Shown: positions 28,200-38,596, counted from the first letter of the stretch. The stretch: DNA of 64,000 nucleotides from Nannocystis bainbridge (GCF_028368995.1 NZ_JAQNDL010000001.1:2080001-2144000); one strand, 5' to 3'. Made by a program: numbers and translations. Notes: a model not told the origin generated them from the sequence alone.

Positions 28200-29357
28200 A
28201 TGCCGCTGTTCACCGACGAGCACGACCTCCTGCGCGACAGCCTGCGCAAGTTCATCGCCCGGGAGATCAACCCCTACTGCGACGAATGGGAGGAGGCGCG
28301 GATCTTCCCGGCCCACGAGCTGTTCAAGAAGCTCGGCAACGAGGGCTTCCTCGGCCTGACCAAGCCGACCGAGTACGGCGGCGCCGCCCTCGACTACTCG
28401 TACGCGCTGGTGATGGCCGAGGAGCTCGGGCGCGTCGACGCCGGCGGCGTGTCGCTGGCGATCGGCGTGCAGACCGACATGTGCACGCCGGCGCTGGCGA
28501 AGTTCGGCTCGGACGAGCTCAAGAAAGAGTGGCTCGCGCCCTCGATCGCCGGCGACCTGGTCGGCTGCATCGGCGTGTCGGAGGTCGGCGCCGGCTCCGA
28601 CGTCGCCAGCCTCAAGACCTACGCCCGCAAGGACGGCGACGACTACGTCATCACCGGCGGCAAGATGTGGATCACCAACGGCGTCCAGGCCGACTGGATG
28701 TGCTGCCTCGCCAACACCAGCGACGACAAGCCGCACAAGAACAAGACCCTCATCATCGTCCCGCTCGACTCGAAGGGCGTCGAGCGGGCCCGCAAGCTGC
28801 ACAAGCTCGGCATGTGGTCGTCGGACACCGCGCAGATCTTCTTCGACGAGGTCCGCGTGCCGCAGCGCTACGCGATCGGCCCCGAGGGCGCCGGCTTCAT
28901 GCTGCAGATGCTGCAGTTCCAGGAGGAGCGGCTGTGGGGCGCCGCCAACTCGCTGACGGCGATGGACACCGCGATCGCCGAGACGATCAAGTACACCCGC
29001 GAGCGCCAGGCCTTCGGCAAGTCGATCCTCGACAACCAGGTGGTCCACTTCCGCATCGCCGAGCTGCTGACCGAGGTCGAGTCGCTGCGGGCGCTGATCT
29101 ACCGCGCCGCCGAGCTGTTCATCTCCGGCAAGGACGTGACCCGCCTGGCCTCGATGGCCAAGCTCAAGTCGGGCCGCCTCGGCCGCGAGGTCGCCGACAG
29201 CTGCCTGCAATACTGGGGCGGCATGGGCTACATGTGGGAATCGAAGATCTCGCGCCTGTTCCGCGACTCGCGCCTGATCTCGGTCGGCGGCGGCGCCGAC
29301 GAGGTCATGCTCGGCATCATCGCCAAGCTCGACGGCATCCTGCCCGGGAGAGGCTGA
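28200..29357 (+). CDS. atuD: Citronellyl-CoA dehydrogenase-like acyl-CoA dehydrogenase
   Basis: GVQTDMCTPAL, QMLQFQEERL, SVGGGADEVML. Confidence 0.87.
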   Translation: MPLFTDEHDLLRDSLRKFIAREINPYCDEWEEARIFPAHELFKKLGNEGFLGLTKPTEYGGAALDYSYALVMAEELGRVDAGGVSLAIGVQTDMCTPALAKFGSDELKKEWLAPSIAGDLVGCIGVSEVGAGSDVASLKTYARKDGDDYVITGGKMWITNGVQADWMCCLANTSDDKPHKNKTLIIVPLDSKGVERARKLHKLGMWSSDTAQIFFDEVRVPQRYAIGPEGAGFMLQMLQFQEERLWGAANSLTAMDTAIAETIKYTRERQAFGKSILDNQVVHFRIAELLTEVESLRALIYRAAELFISGKDVTRLASMAKLKSGRLGREVADSCLQYWGGMGYMWESKISRLFRDSRLISVGGGADEVMLGIIAKLDGILPGRG

Positions 29358-29363
29358 AAGGAC

Positions 29364-30194
29364 ATGTCCCAAACGACATTGCCCGAGTGCCAGACGCTGC
29401 TGCTGCGCCGCGACGGCTGGCGCCTGCACGTCACGCTGAACCGGCCCGAGGCGCGCAACGCGATGTCGTTCGCCATGGTCCACGAGCTGCAGGCGGTGTT
29501 CGCCGCGATCGCGGGCGACCGCGAGGTGCGGGCGGTGCTCCTGCGCGGCGCCGGGGGCAACTTCTGCGCCGGCGGTGACATCAAGGACATGGCCGGCGCC
29601 CGCGGGGCCGAGCCGGGCCCCGACGGCAAGGATCCGCTGGCGACGACCAACCGGATCTTCGGCGCGATGCTGCAGCAGATCGAGGACGCCCCGCAGGCGG
29701 TCGTCGCGGTGCTCGAGGGCGCGGTCATGGGCGGCGGCTTCGGCCTGTGCTGCGTCAGCGACGTCGCCGTCGCCGTCGACGATTCCAAGCTGCGCCTGCC
29801 CGAGACCGGCCTCGGCGTGCCGCCGGCCCAGATCGCCCCGTTCATCGTCCGCCGCGTCGGCTACAGCGCAGCGCGCCGGCTCGCGGTCACCGGCGGGGCG
29901 CTCGGCCCCGACGAGGGGCTGCGCCTCGGGCTGGTCCACCACGTGACCGATCGGGCAGGTCTCGAGGGACAGGTGGCGAAGGTCCTGGCCGACATCGGCC
30001 GCTGCGCCCCCGAGGCGGTCGCCACCACCAAGCGGCTGGTCCTGGCCGCCAGCGGGGCGCCGCACGGCGACGCCCTGTCCGCCCTGCTCGACGTCGCCGC
30101 CGACGAATTCGCCCGCGCCGCCCGCGGCTCCGAGGGCGTCGAGGGCATGCTCGCATTCATTCAGAAGCGCAACGCCGCCTGGAACGACCAATGA
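29364..30194 (+). CDS. atuE: Isohexenylglutaconyl-CoA hydratase-like crotonase
   Basis: FCAGGDIKDM, GGGFGLCCVSD, LPETGLGVPPAQIAPF. Confidence 0.85.
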   Translation: MSQTTLPECQTLLLRRDGWRLHVTLNRPEARNAMSFAMVHELQAVFAAIAGDREVRAVLLRGAGGNFCAGGDIKDMAGARGAEPGPDGKDPLATTNRIFGAMLQQIEDAPQAVVAVLEGAVMGGGFGLCCVSDVAVAVDDSKLRLPETGLGVPPAQIAPFIVRRVGYSAARRLAVTGGALGPDEGLRLGLVHHVTDRAGLEGQVAKVLADIGRCAPEAVATTKRLVLAASGAPHGDALSALLDVAADEFARAARGSEGVEGMLAFIQKRNAAWNDQ

Positions 30195-32185
30195 CCTTCT
30201 CCACGATCCTGATCGCCAACCGCGGCGAGATCGCCTGCCGGATCATCCGCACCGCCCACGCCCTCGGCTACCGCACCGTCGCCGTCTACAGCGACGCCGA
30301 CGCCGGCGCCCCGCACGTCGGCCTGGCCGATCGCGCGGTCCGGATCGGTCCGCCGCCGGTGCGCGAGTCGTACCTGAACGTCGCGGCGCTGCTCGCCGCG
30401 GCCAGGCAGGCCGGCGCCGACGCGGTCCACCCGGGCTACGGCTTCCTGTCGGAGAACGACGGCTTCGCCCAGGCGGTGCTCGACGCAGGCCTCGTGTTCA
30501 TCGGCCCGTCGCCGGCGGCGATCCGGGCGATGGGCAACAAGGCCGCGGCCAAGCGGGCGATGATCGCCGCCGGGGTCCCGTGCATTCCTGGCTTTCAGGA
30601 CAGCAGCGACGACGGCCAGTCCGCCGCGCGCCTGACCGCCGAGGCCGAGCGCATCGGCCTGCCGCTGCTGATCAAGGCGGCGGCCGGCGGCGGCGGCCGC
30701 GGCATGCGGATGGTCCGCGACTGGGACGGGCTACCGGCGGCGCTGGCGTCGGCGCGCAGCGAGGCCGAGAGCGCGTTCGGCAGCAGCGAGCTGATCCTCG
30801 AGCGCGCGCTCACCAGCGGCCGCCACGTCGAGATCCAGGTGTTCGGCGACAGCCACGGCCATGCGATTCACCTCGGCGAGCGCGACTGCTCGGTCCAGCG
30901 TCGCCACCAGAAGGTCGTCGAGGAGTCGCCGTCGCCGGCCGTGACGCCGGCCCTGCGCGCCGAGATGGGCGCCGCCGCGGTGCTCGCCGCGCGCTCGATC
31001 GACTACGTCGGCGCCGGCACCGTCGAGTTCATGCTCGACGCCGACGGCAAGTTCTACTTCCTCGAGATGAACACGCGCCTGCAGGTCGAGCACCCGGTCA
31101 CCGAGCTGGTCACCGGCCTCGACCTGGTGGCCTGGCAGCTGCGGGTGGCCGCGGGCGAGCCGCTGCCGCTGGCGCAGGAGCAGATCGAGCTGCGCGGCCA
31201 CGCGATCGAGGTCCGCCTCTACGCCGAAGATCCGTACGCCGGCTACCTGCCCCAGGCCGGCGAGGTCGTCGCCTGGCAGCCCGCCAGCGGCGACGGCGTG
31301 CGCGTCGACCACGGCCTCCACCGCCAGCAGACGGTGTCGCCGTTCTACGACCCGATGATCGCCAAGGTCATCAGCCACGGCCGCACCCGCGACGAGGCTC
31401 GCCGCCGCCTGGTGAGCGCGCTCGGCCGCAGCGTCCTGCTCGGCCTGGCCAACAACAAGCGCTTCCTCGCCGATATCCTCGAGCACCCGGTGTTCGCCGC
31501 CGGCGGCGCGACCACCCGCTTCCTCGACGAGCACCTGCCCGCGCCCGCGCGGCCCGAGCCCGACGCGCGCGCGTGGGCGATCGCCGCCGCGATCTGGACT
31601 TTGGGACATGTCCGCGGGGACTACAGCCCGTGGCGCAGCGCCGGCCGGGCCGCGTTCCCCCTGACCCTTCGGACAGGTGAACGCGAGCGCGAGCTGGCCG
31701 TCGACCTCGACCCCGGCGGCATCACCACCGTCACCGTCGACGGCGTCGCCCTGCCGGTGCGCCTGCTCGGGCGCGACGGCGTGGTCTTCCGCGTGCTGGT
31801 CGGCGAGGTGCAAGAGACCGTGCACGCCGCGGTGGTCGGCGAGCGCCTGTTCCTCGACGCGCGCGGCGTGCAGGCCGAGTTCACCGAGCCGCCGCCGAAG
31901 GGCGCCGCGCCCGAGGCCGAGGTCGGCGGCGACGGCAACCTGCTCGCGCCCACCAGCGGCCGCGTGGTCGCGGTGCACGTACAGGTCGGCGACCGCGTCC
32001 GTCGCGGCCAGACGCTGGTCACCCTCGAAGCGATGAAGATCGAGAACGCCCTCGCGGTCGCCATCGCCGGCGTCGTCACCGAGGTCAAGGTGAAGCCCGG
32101 CGATCAGGTCCCGCAAGGCCGCCTCCTCGCAGTCGTCACCCCGGACGACGGCCCCGAGCCCGCCGCCGCCTCCGCCGCCGCGTAG
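30191..32185 (+). CDS. atuF: Geranyl-CoA carboxylase alpha subunit (biotin carboxylase plus carrier)
   Basis: IANRGEIA, HPGYGFLSEN, EMNTRLQVEHPVTE, EAMK biotin site. Confidence 0.9.
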   Translation: MTFSTILIANRGEIACRIIRTAHALGYRTVAVYSDADAGAPHVGLADRAVRIGPPPVRESYLNVAALLAAARQAGADAVHPGYGFLSENDGFAQAVLDAGLVFIGPSPAAIRAMGNKAAAKRAMIAAGVPCIPGFQDSSDDGQSAARLTAEAERIGLPLLIKAAAGGGGRGMRMVRDWDGLPAALASARSEAESAFGSSELILERALTSGRHVEIQVFGDSHGHAIHLGERDCSVQRRHQKVVEESPSPAVTPALRAEMGAAAVLAARSIDYVGAGTVEFMLDADGKFYFLEMNTRLQVEHPVTELVTGLDLVAWQLRVAAGEPLPLAQEQIELRGHAIEVRLYAEDPYAGYLPQAGEVVAWQPASGDGVRVDHGLHRQQTVSPFYDPMIAKVISHGRTRDEARRRLVSALGRSVLLGLANNKRFLADILEHPVFAAGGATTRFLDEHLPAPARPEPDARAWAIAAAIWTLGHVRGDYSPWRSAGRAAFPLTLRTGERERELAVDLDPGGITTVTVDGVALPVRLLGRDGVVFRVLVGEVQETVHAAVVGERLFLDARGVQAEFTEPPPKGAAPEAEVGGDGNLLAPTSGRVVAVHVQVGDRVRRGQTLVTLEAMKIENALAVAIAGVVTEVKVKPGDQVPQGRLLAVVTPDDGPEPAAASAAA

Positions 32186-32203
32186 GCGTGCTAAGGTGCA
32201 GTC

Positions 32204-32440
32204 ATGGACCCCGCGCGCATCCTCGACGAAGCGATGGCCCTGCCCCCCGAACAGCGCCGCGAGCTGGCGCTGCGGCTGCTCGACAGCGTCGAGGAGCCGA
32301 GCTCGCCGGAGGTCGAGGAGGCCCAGTATCAGGAGGTCCTCCGTCGCCTCCGTGACGTCGAGGAGGGCAAGGAGAAGCTGGTCGACTGGGAGGATGTCGA
32401 TGCCGAACTGCGCGCCAAGATCGCGAGCCACGGCACCTGA
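32204..32440 (+). CDS. Addiction-module antitoxin
   Basis: ILDEAMALPPEQRRELALRLLDSV...LVDWEDV pattern. Confidence 0.8.
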   Translation: MDPARILDEAMALPPEQRRELALRLLDSVEEPSSPEVEEAQYQEVLRRLRDVEEGKEKLVDWEDVDAELRAKIASHGT

Positions 32441-32443
32441 ATC

Positions 32444-32752
32444 ATGCAAGATCCCGAGGTCGTCGTCCGCCTGTCTCACCGCGCCGCCCACGATCTCGAT
32501 CGCGCCGTCGATTATTATCTGTCCCAAAGACCAGGCCTCGCCCAGCGCCTCCTCGCCGCGGTCGGCGACGAGATCCAGGAGATTCGGCGAGCGCCAGCCC
32601 GCTGGGCCGTCTGGCGCACGCCGGATCTGCGACGCATCCTCGTCGCCGGCTTCCCCTACGTCCTCGTCTATCGCATCACCTCGCCGGGTCAGGTGCTCGT
32701 CCTGGCGATCCTTCATCAGCACCAGGACCCCAGGCGTCGCTTCCCGCCATGA
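32444..32752 (+). CDS. RelE/ParE-family toxin
   Basis: AAHDLDRAVDYY...LRRILVAGFPYVLVYR...VLAILHQHQDP. Confidence 0.8.
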   Translation: MQDPEVVVRLSHRAAHDLDRAVDYYLSQRPGLAQRLLAAVGDEIQEIRRAPARWAVWRTPDLRRILVAGFPYVLVYRITSPGQVLVLAILHQHQDPRRRFPP

Positions 32753-32940
32753 CCGACGAGCGTATCCACCTGCCTGCGCCGTCCGCCCCTCCTGCCATCG
32801 CCCACGAGGACGCGTGGCTCGCCGAGATCGAGCGACGCCGACGCGCGGTCGAGTCCGGCCTCGAGGCCACCGTCGACCACGAAGAAGCCCTCGCCTTCAT
32901 CTTCGCCTCGCCTCGCGCCCGTCCATCGCCCTCTCGATGA
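32749..32940 (+). CDS. Second short addiction-module antitoxin-like protein
   Basis: AWLAEIERRRRAVESG...VDHEEAL; ATGA overlap with the toxin. Confidence 0.6.
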   Translation: MTDERIHLPAPSAPPAIAHEDAWLAEIERRRRAVESGLEATVDHEEALAFIFASPRARPSPSR

Positions 32941-32959
32941 TCCTCGCCTGGACCTCGCC

Positions 32960-33826
32960 ATGACCCACGACAAAGCGATCGTCACCTGCGCCCTCACCGG
33001 CGTGCTCACCAATCCCAAGCAGCACCCCGTGCCTGTCACGCCGGAGGAGCTCGCGCGCGCCGCCCGGCAGGCGCGGGACGCCGGCGCCTCGGTCGTGCAC
33101 GTCCACTTTCGCCGCCAGGAGCCCGGCATGGGCTTTCTGCCGTCGTGGGAGCCCGAGGTCGCCATCGCCGTGCGCGAGGCCATCCGCGCCGAGTGTCCCG
33201 AGCTCATCTTCAACATGACCACCGGCGTCGTCGGCGACGACATCAGCGGCCCGGTCGCTTGCATGCGCGCCATCAGGCCCGAGATCGCCGCTTGCAACGC
33301 TGGCAGCCTCAACTACCTCAAGGCCAAGAGCGACGGCACCTGGGCCTGGCCGCCGATGGTGTTCGACAACCCCGTCGACAAGGTAAAGGCCTTCCTCGAC
33401 GTCATGGCCGAGTGCGGCACGGCGCCCGAGTTCGAGTGCTTCGACCTCGGCATCGTCCGCTCGGTCGGCCTCTTCGTCGACGTCGGCCTCGCCAGGCACC
33501 CGCACTACAACTTCGTCACTGGCGTCGCCTCCGGCATGCCGACCGACCCCGACCTGCTGCCGTTCCTGCTCAAGTACATCAAGCCCGGCTCGCGCTGGGA
33601 GGTCACCGCCATCGGCCGCGAGGAGATCTGGGCCATCCATCGCCGCACCGCCGAGCTCGGGGGCGACCTGCGAACTGGCCTCGAGGACACCTTCTATTTG
33701 CCTGACGGCAGCCGCGCCGACAGCAACGGCCGCCTCATCGAAGCCCTCGTCGCCAGCGCCCGCGAGGTCGGCCGCGAGATCGCCTCGCCCGCCGAAGCGC
33801 GCCAGCGCATGCACCTCGCGGTTTGA
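32960..33826 (+). CDS. Beta-keto acid cleavage enzyme (BKACE/DUF849, Kce family)
   Basis: IVTCALTG, VHVHFR, PEFECFD, RTGLED. Confidence 0.9.
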   Translation: MTHDKAIVTCALTGVLTNPKQHPVPVTPEELARAARQARDAGASVVHVHFRRQEPGMGFLPSWEPEVAIAVREAIRAECPELIFNMTTGVVGDDISGPVACMRAIRPEIAACNAGSLNYLKAKSDGTWAWPPMVFDNPVDKVKAFLDVMAECGTAPEFECFDLGIVRSVGLFVDVGLARHPHYNFVTGVASGMPTDPDLLPFLLKYIKPGSRWEVTAIGREEIWAIHRRTAELGGDLRTGLEDTFYLPDGSRADSNGRLIEALVASAREVGREIASPAEARQRMHLAV

Positions 33827-34033
33827 AATTCACGCCGTCCGATCGGCGACGCAGCGATCGATCGACGCCGCCCGGGCGCGTCATTCGGTCGTCGCCGCAT
33901 TCGCCTGTCGCCGTCGTCATCGTAGCATTCGGCGCGGCCCCGATGTCCTCGCCGCATTCGCCCGCCTGCGGCCGCCGTCCCCCGGCTGCGCCGTGCCCGA
34001 CGCCGGCCGCACCGTGATAAAGTCACCGGCAAA

Positions 34034-35170
34034 ATGCCCGTCCTCGACGACGCCGACCGCGAGGCCTTGCGCGGCACCCTGCGCGCCTTCATCGAGCGCG
34101 AGGTCCTGCCGCACATCGAGGCCTGGGAGGAGGCCGGCAGCTTCCCGCGCGAGCTCTACCACCGCGCCGGTGAGCTCGGCTTGCTCGGCCTCGGCTTCCC
34201 CGAGGACCTCGGCGGCAGCCCCGGCGACAGCACCTCGCTCATCATCCTCTGCGAGGAGTTCGCGCGCACCGGCAGCGGCGGCCTCATCGCCGGCCTGTTC
34301 TCGCACGGCATCGGCCTGCCGCCGATCGTCAACCTCGGCACCGACGCGCAGCAGCGGCGCTTTGTCCCCGACGTGCTCGCCGGCCGCAAGATCGCCGCGC
34401 TCGCCGTCACCGAGCCGTCCGGCGGCTCCGACGTCGCCAACCTCAAGACCACCGCCCGCCGCGACGGCGACAGCTACGTCGTGCACGGCAGCAAGACCTT
34501 CATCACCTCCGGCATGCGCGCCGACCTCGTCACCGTCGCCGTGCGCACCGGTCCGCCTGGCCTCGGCGGCATCTCGCTGCTGGTCGTCGAGGCCGGCACG
34601 CCCGGCTTCACCCGCACCGCGCTCGACAAGAAGATGGGCTGGTGGTGCAGCGACACCGCCACCCTCTACTTCGACGACTGCCGGGTCCCCGCGGACAACC
34701 TGCTCGGCGAGGAGAACGGCGGCTTCCTCGGCATCATGCAGAACTTCAACCGCGAGCGGCTCACGCTCGCGGCCATGGCCGTCGCCTTCGCCCAGGTCTG
34801 CCTCGACGACGCGATCGCCTACGCCCGCCAGCGTGAGACCTTCGGCAAGCCGCTCGTCACCCGCCAGGTCATCCGCCACAAGCTCGTCGACATGGCCACG
34901 CGGATCCACCCGGTGCGGACCTGGCTGTATCAGCTCGCCGCGCGCATCGACGCCGGCGAGTGGCCGATCGCCGAGATTTGCATGCTCAAGAACGCGGCGA
35001 CCCAGTGCGTCGAGTTCTGCGCCAAGGAGGGCGTGCAGATCTTCGGTGGCGCCGGCTTCATGCGCGGCGCGCGGGTCGAGCGGATCTACCGCGAGACCCG
35101 GGTCCTCGCCATCGGCGGTGGCGCCGAGGAGATCATGAAGGACCTCGCCGCCAAGCAAATGGGACTCTAG
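34034..35170 (+). CDS. Acyl-CoA dehydrogenase
   Basis: AVTEPSGGSD, GSKTFITSG, IGGGAEEIM. Confidence 0.92.
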   Translation: MPVLDDADREALRGTLRAFIEREVLPHIEAWEEAGSFPRELYHRAGELGLLGLGFPEDLGGSPGDSTSLIILCEEFARTGSGGLIAGLFSHGIGLPPIVNLGTDAQQRRFVPDVLAGRKIAALAVTEPSGGSDVANLKTTARRDGDSYVVHGSKTFITSGMRADLVTVAVRTGPPGLGGISLLVVEAGTPGFTRTALDKKMGWWCSDTATLYFDDCRVPADNLLGEENGGFLGIMQNFNRERLTLAAMAVAFAQVCLDDAIAYARQRETFGKPLVTRQVIRHKLVDMATRIHPVRTWLYQLAARIDAGEWPIAEICMLKNAATQCVEFCAKEGVQIFGGAGFMRGARVERIYRETRVLAIGGGAEEIMKDLAAKQMGL

Positions 35171-35194
35171 ACAATCACTCGCCAGGAGCACGCC

Positions 35195-36982
35195 ATGGCC
35201 CACGACACCATCCCTGCCCGCTTCCTCGCCCGCGGCCAGGCCCACCCCGACAGACCGGCCTATTACGTGCGCAAGGACGGCGCCTGGCGCCCGACTCGCT
35301 GGCGCGAGTACAACGACCAGGTCCGCCGCGCCGCGCGGGCCATGATCGGCCTCGGCCTGCAGCCCGGCCAGGGCGTCTGCATCCTCTCGTACAACCGCGC
35401 CGAGTGGGCCATCACCGCCTTCGCCGCCATGGCCGCCGGCGGCGTCCCGGCCGGTATCTACACCACCTGCTCCGCCGGCGAGGTGCAGTACATCGTCCAC
35501 CACGCCGAGGCCCCGCTGGTGGTCGTCGAGGACCGCGCGCAGTACGACAAGCTGGCCGCGCAGCGCGACAAGCTGCCGGGCCTGCGCCACATCGTCGTCC
35601 TGCAGGGCGCGGAGGCCATCGGCGACCCGCTGGTCCTCTCGTGGGAGCAGTTCCTCGCCCGCGCCGACGCCGTCGCCGAGGCCGCGCTGAGCGAGCGCCT
35701 GGCGAACCTCCACGAGGACGACACCAGCACGTACATCTACACCTCCGGCACCACCGGCCCGCCCAAGGCCGTCATGCTGTCGCACAAGAGCGTGCTGTGG
35801 ACCACCGAGGTGCTCCTCGAGCTGGTCGAGAACAACCCGGACGATCGCCTGCTGTCGTACTTGCCGCTGTCGCACATCGCCGAGCAGATGCTCTCGATGC
35901 ACGGCCCCGCCTGCTGCGGCTACGCCGTCTACTGGGCCGAGGCGCTCGAGCGCGTGCCCGACAACCTCAAGGAGGCCCAGCCGACCGTCTTCTTCGGCGT
36001 GCCGCGGATCTGGGAGAAGTTCCACGCCGCCGTCGCCGCGCGCCTGTCCCAGACGACAGGTCCCAAGAAACAGCTCGTCGACTGGGCCACCGGCGTCGCC
36101 CGCCGCTACCACGCCCTCGCCACCCGCGGCCGGCCGGTCCCGCTGGTCCTGCGGGCCCAGTACCAGCTGGCGCGGCGCCTCGTGTTCACCAAGCTGAAGA
36201 CCGCGCTCGGCCTCGGCAGCGTGCGCGCCTGCGTGTCCGGGGCCGCGCCGATCGCCGCCCACGTGCTCGAGTTCTTCGCCGGCCTCGACCTCGTCGTCGC
36301 CGAGGTCTACGGCCAGAGCGAGGACTGCGGCCCGACCACCCTCAACATCCCCGGCGCCACCAAGCTCGGCAGCGTCGGCCGCCCCATCCCTGGCCTCGAG
36401 GTCAGGCTCGGCGAGGACGGCGAGATCCTCGTGCGCGGCCCCAGCGTGTTCAAGGGCTACTTCAAGGACCCGGCCGCCACCGACGAGGCGCTGCAGGACG
36501 GCTGGCTGCACTCCGGCGACCTCGGGGCCTTCGACGCCGACGGCTTCCTCTCGATCACCGGGCGCAAGAAGGAGATCATCATCACCGCTGGCGGCAAGAA
36601 CATCGCCCCCAAGAACCTCGAGGCCGCGCTCAAGGAGAGCCCGCTGATCGAGGAGGCGGTGGTGATCGGCGACCGCCGCAAGTTCCTCGGGGCCCTGCTG
36701 GCGATCGACCGCGCCGCCGCGGCCCGGTGGTTAGAGGGCCAGGGCCAGCCCGCCGACGAGCCGCTGCACGACAGCCCGGCGCTGCTCGCCGAGATCGGCA
36801 AGTGGGTCGAGAAGTCCGGCGAGCAGTTCGCCCGCGTCGAGCAGGTGCGCCGGTTCAAGCTGCTGCCGCGCAGCCTCGGCGCCGACCACGGCGAGCTCAC
36901 GCCGACGCTCAAGCTCAAGCGCAAGGTCATCGAGAAGCAGTGGGCCGACCTCGTCGAGGCCATGTACGAGGGCGCCGACTGA
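35195..36982 (+). CDS. Long-chain fatty acid-CoA ligase
   Basis: YTSGTTGPPK, YGQSE, GWLHSGDLG, GELTPTLK. Confidence 0.92.
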   Translation: MAHDTIPARFLARGQAHPDRPAYYVRKDGAWRPTRWREYNDQVRRAARAMIGLGLQPGQGVCILSYNRAEWAITAFAAMAAGGVPAGIYTTCSAGEVQYIVHHAEAPLVVVEDRAQYDKLAAQRDKLPGLRHIVVLQGAEAIGDPLVLSWEQFLARADAVAEAALSERLANLHEDDTSTYIYTSGTTGPPKAVMLSHKSVLWTTEVLLELVENNPDDRLLSYLPLSHIAEQMLSMHGPACCGYAVYWAEALERVPDNLKEAQPTVFFGVPRIWEKFHAAVAARLSQTTGPKKQLVDWATGVARRYHALATRGRPVPLVLRAQYQLARRLVFTKLKTALGLGSVRACVSGAAPIAAHVLEFFAGLDLVVAEVYGQSEDCGPTTLNIPGATKLGSVGRPIPGLEVRLGEDGEILVRGPSVFKGYFKDPAATDEALQDGWLHSGDLGAFDADGFLSITGRKKEIIITAGGKNIAPKNLEAALKESPLIEEAVVIGDRRKFLGALLAIDRAAAARWLEGQGQPADEPLHDSPALLAEIGKWVEKSGEQFARVEQVRRFKLLPRSLGADHGELTPTLKLKRKVIEKQWADLVEAMYEGAD

Positions 36983-38596
36983 TCAGGGCACCGTCACCAG
37001 CACGCCCTGACTCTCGACGTTGTGTTTGCCGGCGGCGGTGATCGCCCATGTCCCCGGGGACAGGTCGATGCTCGTCGTCTCGGCCGGGACGACGCGGTCG
37101 ATCACGTACTCCTGGCCCGCCTGGGCGTAGACCACCCAGGCGCGCAGGCTGTCCGGGGCCGCGTGCGACAGCGACGCCTGCGCCCCGGTCAGCGTCACCG
37201 TCGGCGGCGCCACGACCTCGTCGGTCAGCGCCGCGATCGGCGGCGTCAGGGCCGGGGTCGCGTAGAACTCGGCCTTGAACGCGTCGGTGACCCCGAGCAG
37301 GTTGTCCTGCAGCGGCGCGATCTGGAAGAAGATGTTGCCCTGCGAGCCCGACTCCGCGTATTCGCGGCTGAGCACGATCTCCTGCTTGAACTCCTCGAGC
37401 GACCACTTGTCCTCGGTGCCGAGCTTGCTGAGGTAGTTGCCGGCGAAGATGTAGCGCCCGCCGGTGGTGATGCTCGACCACCACGCGATCAGCTTGCCGT
37501 AGGCCTGGGCCGCCTGGGTCGTCGGCCAGTACAGCTGCGGCGCCAGGTAATCGAGCCAGCCCTCTTGCATCCACAGCAGCGGATCGGCGTAGAGGCCCTC
37601 GTATTGATCGAAGCCGACGATGCCCTCGGGGATCCCTGGCCGGTAGATGCCGAACGGGCTGATGCCATAGCGGACGTGCGGCGCCAGGTCGGCGACCGTG
37701 ATGCCGACCGCCTCGACCATCGCGTTGACGTTGTCGCGCCGCCAGTCGGCCCGCGACAGCTGCCCGCCGCTGCCCTGATAGGCCTCCCACGTCTTGTCGT
37801 CGGGGAAGTCTTCGCCGTCGACCGGGTACGGATAGAAGTAATCGTCGAAGTGGACGCCGTCGATGTCGTAGCGGCCCACGAGATCAGCGACGACCGCCAG
37901 CAATAGGTCCTGCACCTCCTTCGCGCCCGGGTCCATCCAAAGGAACGTCGAGTACGCGTAGGCGTACTGCGGCAGCAGGGACGCGACGTGATTGGCGGCC
38001 AGCGGGTGGTTGGCGTTGGCCTTGGCGCGGTACGGATTGAGCCAGGCGTGGACCTCGATGCCGCGGGCGTGGCCCTCGTCGACCAGGAATTGCAGCGGGT
38101 CGACCCCGGGATCCTCCCCTTGTTCGCCTGTGAGGTAACGGCTCCACGGCTCCAGGTCCGACGAATAGAGCGCGTCGCATTCCGGCCTGACCTGGAACAC
38201 CACGGCATTGAGGCCCGCTGCCTGCACGGTATCGAGGATCGCCAGCAGCTCGTCCTGCATCGCCGTCGCCGACAGCCCGGTCGCGCTGGGGAAGTTGATG
38301 TTCGAGACCGTCGCCACCCACACCGCCCGGAACTCGCGGGTATGGCTGACCACCACCAGCTCCTGCGGCTCGCCGCCGGTCGTGCCGCTGCTGGTGCTCT
38401 CGTCGCCGCTGGTCGGCTCGTTCGTCGTCGGGTCGCCGGTCGCTGGCACATCGGAGGTCGTCGCGGTGCCCGGCGAATCGGTCGTGTTCGCGCTCGACGT
38501 CGCGGCTTCGGTGGTCGAGGAAGGCTCTTCGCCGCAGCCGGAGAGCGCCGCCAAGCCGACCACAAATGACAATCCTGCTGAGCGAAACAGCGCCAT
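36983..38596 (-). CDS. YddW/GHL10-family glycoside hydrolase lipoprotein
   Basis: EFRAVWVATVSNI, HAWLNPYRA, DGVHFDDYFYP, DYLAPQLYW; lipobox. Confidence 0.9.
   Translation of the reverse strand: MALFRSAGLSFVVGLAALSGCGEEPSSTTEAATSSANTTDSPGTATTSDVPATGDPTTNEPTSGDESTSSGTTGGEPQELVVVSHTREFRAVWVATVSNINFPSATGLSATAMQDELLAILDTVQAAGLNAVVFQVRPECDALYSSDLEPWSRYLTGEQGEDPGVDPLQFLVDEGHARGIEVHAWLNPYRAKANANHPLAANHVASLLPQYAYAYSTFLWMDPGAKEVQDLLLAVVADLVGRYDIDGVHFDDYFYPYPVDGEDFPDDKTWEAYQGSGGQLSRADWRRDNVNAMVEAVGITVADLAPHVRYGISPFGIYRPGIPEGIVGFDQYEGLYADPLLWMQEGWLDYLAPQLYWPTTQAAQAYGKLIAWWSSITTGGRYIFAGNYLSKLGTEDKWSLEEFKQEIVLSREYAESGSQGNIFFQIAPLQDNLLGVTDAFKAEFYATPALTPPIAALTDEVVAPPTVTLTGAQASLSHAAPDSLRAWVVYAQAGQEYVIDRVVPAETTSIDLSPGTWAITAAGKHNVESQGVLVTVP

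Noticed and set aside
27093-36511. Long antisense ORFs (1032, 663, 864 aa)
   Set aside because: Mirror frames of the atu and acyl-CoA genes
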